Position numbers and translations under genes: made by a program
The notes under the pieces: generated by a model
What the model was told of the DNA's origin: nothing
The model's input: only the letters and a program-made list of their open reading frames with translations
Database searches by the model: none
Assembly: GCF_044704955.1 (NCBI RefSeq)
Contig: NC_091999.1
Span: 49,166,001-49,230,000 of the forward strand
DNA: 64,000 nucleotides
From: Pristiophorus japonicus
Lineage: Eukaryota
Reading direction: 5' to 3'
Shown here: piece by piece, positions 59,769 through 64,000 of the stretch
How the letters are laid out: the number at the start of each line of letters is the position of its first letter
Numbering within the stretch: the stretch's first letter is position 1

Positions 59769-60681
59769 CTGTAGAACAGTTAGAATAAAGGTCAATGAAC
59801 TGGACAGTTCCAGAGACAATGGGGGTGAACTTTAACCTAACGGAGCGGGCGGATTGTGGTCGTGGAGGTGGGTAAATTGGTAAAAATCGATATCCCGACC
59901 TCAACGCGCCCACTCCCGGTTGTAATATTATAGTTGAGTAAAATATTTAAATGAGAATGGAATCTTCAATTTTAACCACCATTTGGTGTTTAACAGTCGC
60001 TGGTCCAGTTTGACACACTGTGTAAATCCCTGCAGTTACAGCGAGGCGGGGACTGCTGCACCCAGGTGGTAATTGCCCTTACACCTACCCCTGGATCCAG
60101 GGTCCCTACCTAACCCACCCCCCGCGATCCGAGACCTCCTGACTCGGCTTCCAATCCTCCCGTTCTCCCGGGTGGCCTGTGAGACCACCGCCCACAACTC
60201 GCCTTCCTTATTTAAATTTAGCCAATTTCAGGTGGTTAGATGTGAGAGAAATGGACACTGCGTTGAATTTTAACGCTTTTCCTTTTCCCCTCTGGGGCCT
60301 TTCTGGTTTTTCATCCCGCAGCAGAGGGAACACAATCTTTCTCTCTGAAATCTTGAAGGATTGGTCTGGAAAATTACATAGAATTTACTGCACAGAATGA
60401 GGAGATTTGGCCAACTGGTCTATGCCGGTGTGTATGTTCCACACAAGCCACCTCCTAGCTCACTTAATTTAATCCTAATAACATACCCTTCTATTCCTTT
60501 CTCACTCATGGACTTATCCACTTTCCCCTAAAATACATAATGTCAGGTCACAGAGTGCAGAGTTCGTGGAATTACCAAACTGAATGATCAAAGTAGCCCA
60601 TTAAACATTTTATATAATGATTGGCTCTTGCACATGCCTTAGTCACAGTATCTCACTTATTGCAACAATCGCCCCGCTCAC

Positions 60682-60990
60682 CCTTTTCCTTGTGGATGGA
60701 ATCTCTGATCGGAGTCGGCATATCCTGATGGCTCACAACGCAGTAGAACTTATCCCCACTCAGCCAGTCTTGTGTCGAGATGTTTAAGTTGCTGATCACG
60801 CTGTTGGGATCCTCTCCCGGTTGGACGGCAATCTCTGATTTCAAAGCCTCCTTTTCTCGGGTCCAGGACACGGTGAGCCCATAAGGAGCGTCAGACACGA
60901 CGCAGGTTAAGGTCACCGTCGCCTCCAGTAAGACCTGTTCCAGTGACGGTGGGCGAAGAGTGATTTTTGAATCACTGCATGGGACATCCA
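60682..60990 (-). CDS. IGHM: IgM heavy chain CH3 exon
   Basis: 309 nt, phase 1/1, ag|TGGAT...AAGG|gtgagc; [22 protein letters not shown]. Confidence 0.96.
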
Positions 60991-61696
60991 CTGCGAAACA
61001 GGAATGAAAGTCAGGAAAAGCTGCAGCTTCAGAATCAGGACACCAATATTTAGCCTTAACTCTTTCAAGGGGAATATATCACATTTGAGGTATCAACCTC
61101 CCGCTGTTGCTTTAACACCGTTATTGGAAGGACAATTAATTGGCAACGATTCCAGGAGAACTGTAACATTTCCTGTGTATTTGCAGCCAGAGACACCTGT
61201 AACGGGCTGTGAAGCAAATACCCGGAGTAAAATGGGAATTCTTTGGGGCGCAATTATGTTAGGCATTGAATAGCGCTCTTCCTGAAATCCCTTGCTCCTT
61301 TACACCCGTCTATAGATACTTGCACCCAAATTCATCTCTGCTGGTTATAATAGCTGAAGCCCGAATAGCCCGAGGTTCAAGAGGTCGACACCAGCATTAT
61401 ACTGGTTCAAAACCAGTGTCAAATTAATTTCAAGATTTATGGGACAACAGGAAACAATGTTAAGTTTCTGGTATCTTGCTGCGTTTTTTGTTGCGGTGAA
61501 AATGTGCAGTAACCAGTCACAGCCCACGTCTGAGGAGAAGTGCAAGGTCGGGAGAATGGAGTTCCAAGGAATCTTTATGGTGGGGCATCATTTGTAATGG
61601 TGTGAAGTAGTTTTTTTAATTTCTGTAAGTACTGAATATTTATCATGTCTGGTGAGAGAAAGTCAGAGTGAAATATGACCTCAGGGCATTAATAGC

Positions 61697-62200
61697 AACA
61701 TAGGAACAGTAGGTGGCCATTCAGCCTATCCATCCTATCCCGCCATCCAGTTAGATCATGGCTGATCAACACTCAACACCATCTTCCCGCCTTGATAACC
61801 TTGCCTGACAAAAATCTATCAATCTCAATTTTCAACTTTTCAATTGAAAGCAAGCATCAGCAGCTTTTGGGGAGGGAAATCCCGACTTGCACTATTCTTC
61901 CTGTGAGGAAATCCTTTGTGACATTACCTCTGCGAGGCCTAACTCTAATGTTAAGGTTCTGCTACTTGTTCTGGACTCTCCCATCAAACTAAATAAATGT
62001 TTCTATATCTACTCGATCAATTCCATTGATAAACTTAAACACCTCAATTGGATCATCTCTTAACGTTCTATACTCGTCTCCAGATCATTTTACATTATAG
62101 GCCCGGTTTAATTCGGGTAAACGTGCAGTTTAGCGCATCTACGTATATCCTTCCTGAGGTGCGGAGCGCAGAACTGGGCTCAGTGCTCTGAATAGGGTAG
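61697..62200 (-). mobile_element. CR1 3' fragment in the CH2-CH3 intron
   Basis: aacataggaacag..ggccattcagcc..agatcatggctgat is the reverse complement of the CR1 3' UTR. Confidence 0.7.
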
Positions 62201-62369
62201 ATGCTCATTCTAGCAGGGTTCCTGGACAGTTGGCAGGAAAGGATTCCAGACTCCTACTGCCACTCCGTATATGATCAGCCAACTCAGGATAAACCTGTGA
62301 CTAAGGACACTTCACTCACTGCCTGACATCAGAGCAAGGGGAAAACTTCTTTGGCGAGGTTAATAAAGC

Positions 62370-62810
62370 TGAGCAATGAGGAATCCTGAACCAGAAGATA
62401 GTGGATTGAATTCACACTCCAGATACTTGATCACAAAATGTAAGCTGAGTCTCCCAGTGCAGTACTGGGAGCATGGCGCAATGTCGGAGGTGCCGTCAGT
62501 TGGATCAGGTGTTAAACCGTGGATCCATCTGGCCTCTCAGGTGGAGGTAAAAGATACCTTGGCATTATTTCAATGAAAAGCAGAGGAGTTCTCCCTGGTA
62601 GCCTGGGAATATTTATCCCTCAAGAAATATCACTCAACAAAAAAAAATGGTCATTATCACACTGTTGTTTTTGGGAGCTTGCTGTGCACTAAATGACTGC
62701 CGAACTTTGTACATTACAACTATGACAACATTTCACAACTTAATTCATTGGCTGGCAAGCGCTTTGGTTCAGTCTGTGGTCGCTGAAGGCGCTGTATAAA
62801 GGCAAGTTTG
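62370..62810 (+). mobile_element. DeuSINE (SacSINE1/AmnSINE1-like) with L2-type 3' tail
   Basis: gtgcagtactgggag..tgtcggaggtgccgtc..ctctcaggtgga..ggagttctccc..tggtcattatcac..gggagcttgctgtgc..gaaggcgctgtataaa. Diverged 5' halves occur in each tRNA unit (e.g. 44320-44560). Confidence 0.8.
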
Positions 62811-62941
62811 TATCGCAAGAATACACAGACTGCATGATTGGAAATTTGGAACAGTCCTCTGCTTTTTACTAATTCCAATGAAACACCTGACTAGGTCAGC
62901 GCTCAGAATGGTCTGGAACCTCCCGGGATTGTGCCTCTTAC

Positions 62942-63259
62942 CCTGAGATCTGCTGAAGTTACGGCTTTGCGTGACCCCTTCATGAGTGACTTGGCAGGTG
63001 TAGACCGAGCCGGTGAACCATTCCTCGGCGGGGACCGTCAGCCGACTGGCCGTCGAGAAGTTCCCGTTCACCTCAAAGACGGGAGAGGTGACGAAGCCCG
63101 AATCCAGGAGTTGTCCACTCTTCAGCCAATTCACGGTCAGTGACTTTGGCCGGAAATCGATGATTGAACACACGGCGCTTGCATATCTGCTGGTGGTGAT
63201 TTGTTCAGTGGAACTCAGCGTGAGGAGAACAGTTGGAGGACCGATGTCCGGTTCAGGAT
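62942..63259 (-). CDS. IGHM: IgM heavy chain CH2 exon
   Basis: 318 nt, ag|ATCCT...CAGG|gtaaga; [26 protein letters not shown]. Confidence 0.95.
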
Positions 63260-63379
63260 CTTCAAAAAAAAACATATTACTGACATTGCTTGTAAAATAA
63301 ATGATTAAGAAATGCAAAGTGTCCTTATATTTTAACAGGTTCTTTGCTATCAGACTAACACTAACCAGGCCTTTACAGA

Positions 63380-63865
63380 GAGCAGAACTGTGCACTGTAT
63401 TCTCAGTGTAATATGCAGACCAGAACTGTGCATAATATTCTAAGTGCGATATGAGGTCCAGAACCATGCACAGTATTCTAAGCATGATATGGAGACCACA
63501 ACTTTATGCCGTATTCTAAGTATGAGATCGAAACCAGAACTTTAAAGAATATTCTAACTGTGATATGGAGACCGGAACTGTGCATAATATTCTTAGTATG
63601 ATATGGAGACCAGAACTTTAGACACTAATCTAAGTATGAGATGGAAACCAGAATTGTGACCAATATTCTAAATGTGATAAGGAAACTAGAACTGTGCTCA
63701 GTATTCTAAGTATTATGTGGAAATCATAACTGTACACAATACTCTAAGTGTGATTTGGAGACGAGAACTTTACACAGTATTCTAAGTATGATAGGGAGAG
63801 CAGAACTGTACACAGTACTCTAGGTGTTGTCTTACCAAATTGCTATACAAGTTGAGCATAATTTG
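63380..63865. repeat. 38-bp minisatellite (~12 copies) derived from a CR1 segment
   Basis: Unit tattctaagtatgatatggagaccagaactgtgcacag; the last copy runs into minus-strand CR1 sequence (..LYSNLVRQHLEYCVQF). Confidence 0.8.
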
Positions 63866-64000
63866 TCATCTTATCATTGTTTGCCCTGTAACCCACATCA
63901 CTAACCTGGCATTGTGATGGCCCAGACCGACACACCACGTCGAACCTCACAGAAGATTGTGCTGCTCCCCACATCTGACTTGGTGATGGTTAACTGGCTG

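Noticed and set aside
59377-63259. IgNAR or IgW identity
   Set aside because: The domain sequences, the [14 protein letters not shown] tail and the DSSDHIW..TASTF TM1 match shark IgM as recalled. V/D/J and CH1 are outside the window.

Overview
Eukaryotic, repeat-rich DNA from a cartilaginous fish (shark-type IgM, DeuSINE/SacSINE1-like SINEs, abundant CR1 LINEs). Left half (1-32 kb): two decaying C2H2 zinc-finger genes (- strand), duplicated CpG promoter modules, several minisatellites and a 67-bp satellite. The satellite is split by nested insertions: a full-length degenerate Gypsy LTR element, a near full-length CR1 and RTE LINEs, one of which carries a Tx1 insert. Middle (32.6-49.3 kb): two endogenous retrovirus-like fragments flank a decaying tandem array of tRNA-Asp/Ser/Leu units. 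One is a 3' LTR preceded by an env that resembles pneumovirus/paramyxovirus F proteins (lokiretrovirus-like); the other is a 5' LTR with a tRNA-Arg PBS and a coiled-coil ORF. Right end (53.9-63.3 kb): the 3' part of an IgM heavy-chain gene on the - strand (CH2, CH3, CH4+secretory tail, TM1, TM2) with consistent splice phases, except for an apparent 1-nt loss at the TM2 acceptor. Its CH4-TM1 intron carries a duplicated block that is CA-rich in the pre-mRNA. Protein-family calls rest on motif recognition by eye, not database searches, and repeat boundaries are approximate unless a TSD or splice site is given.
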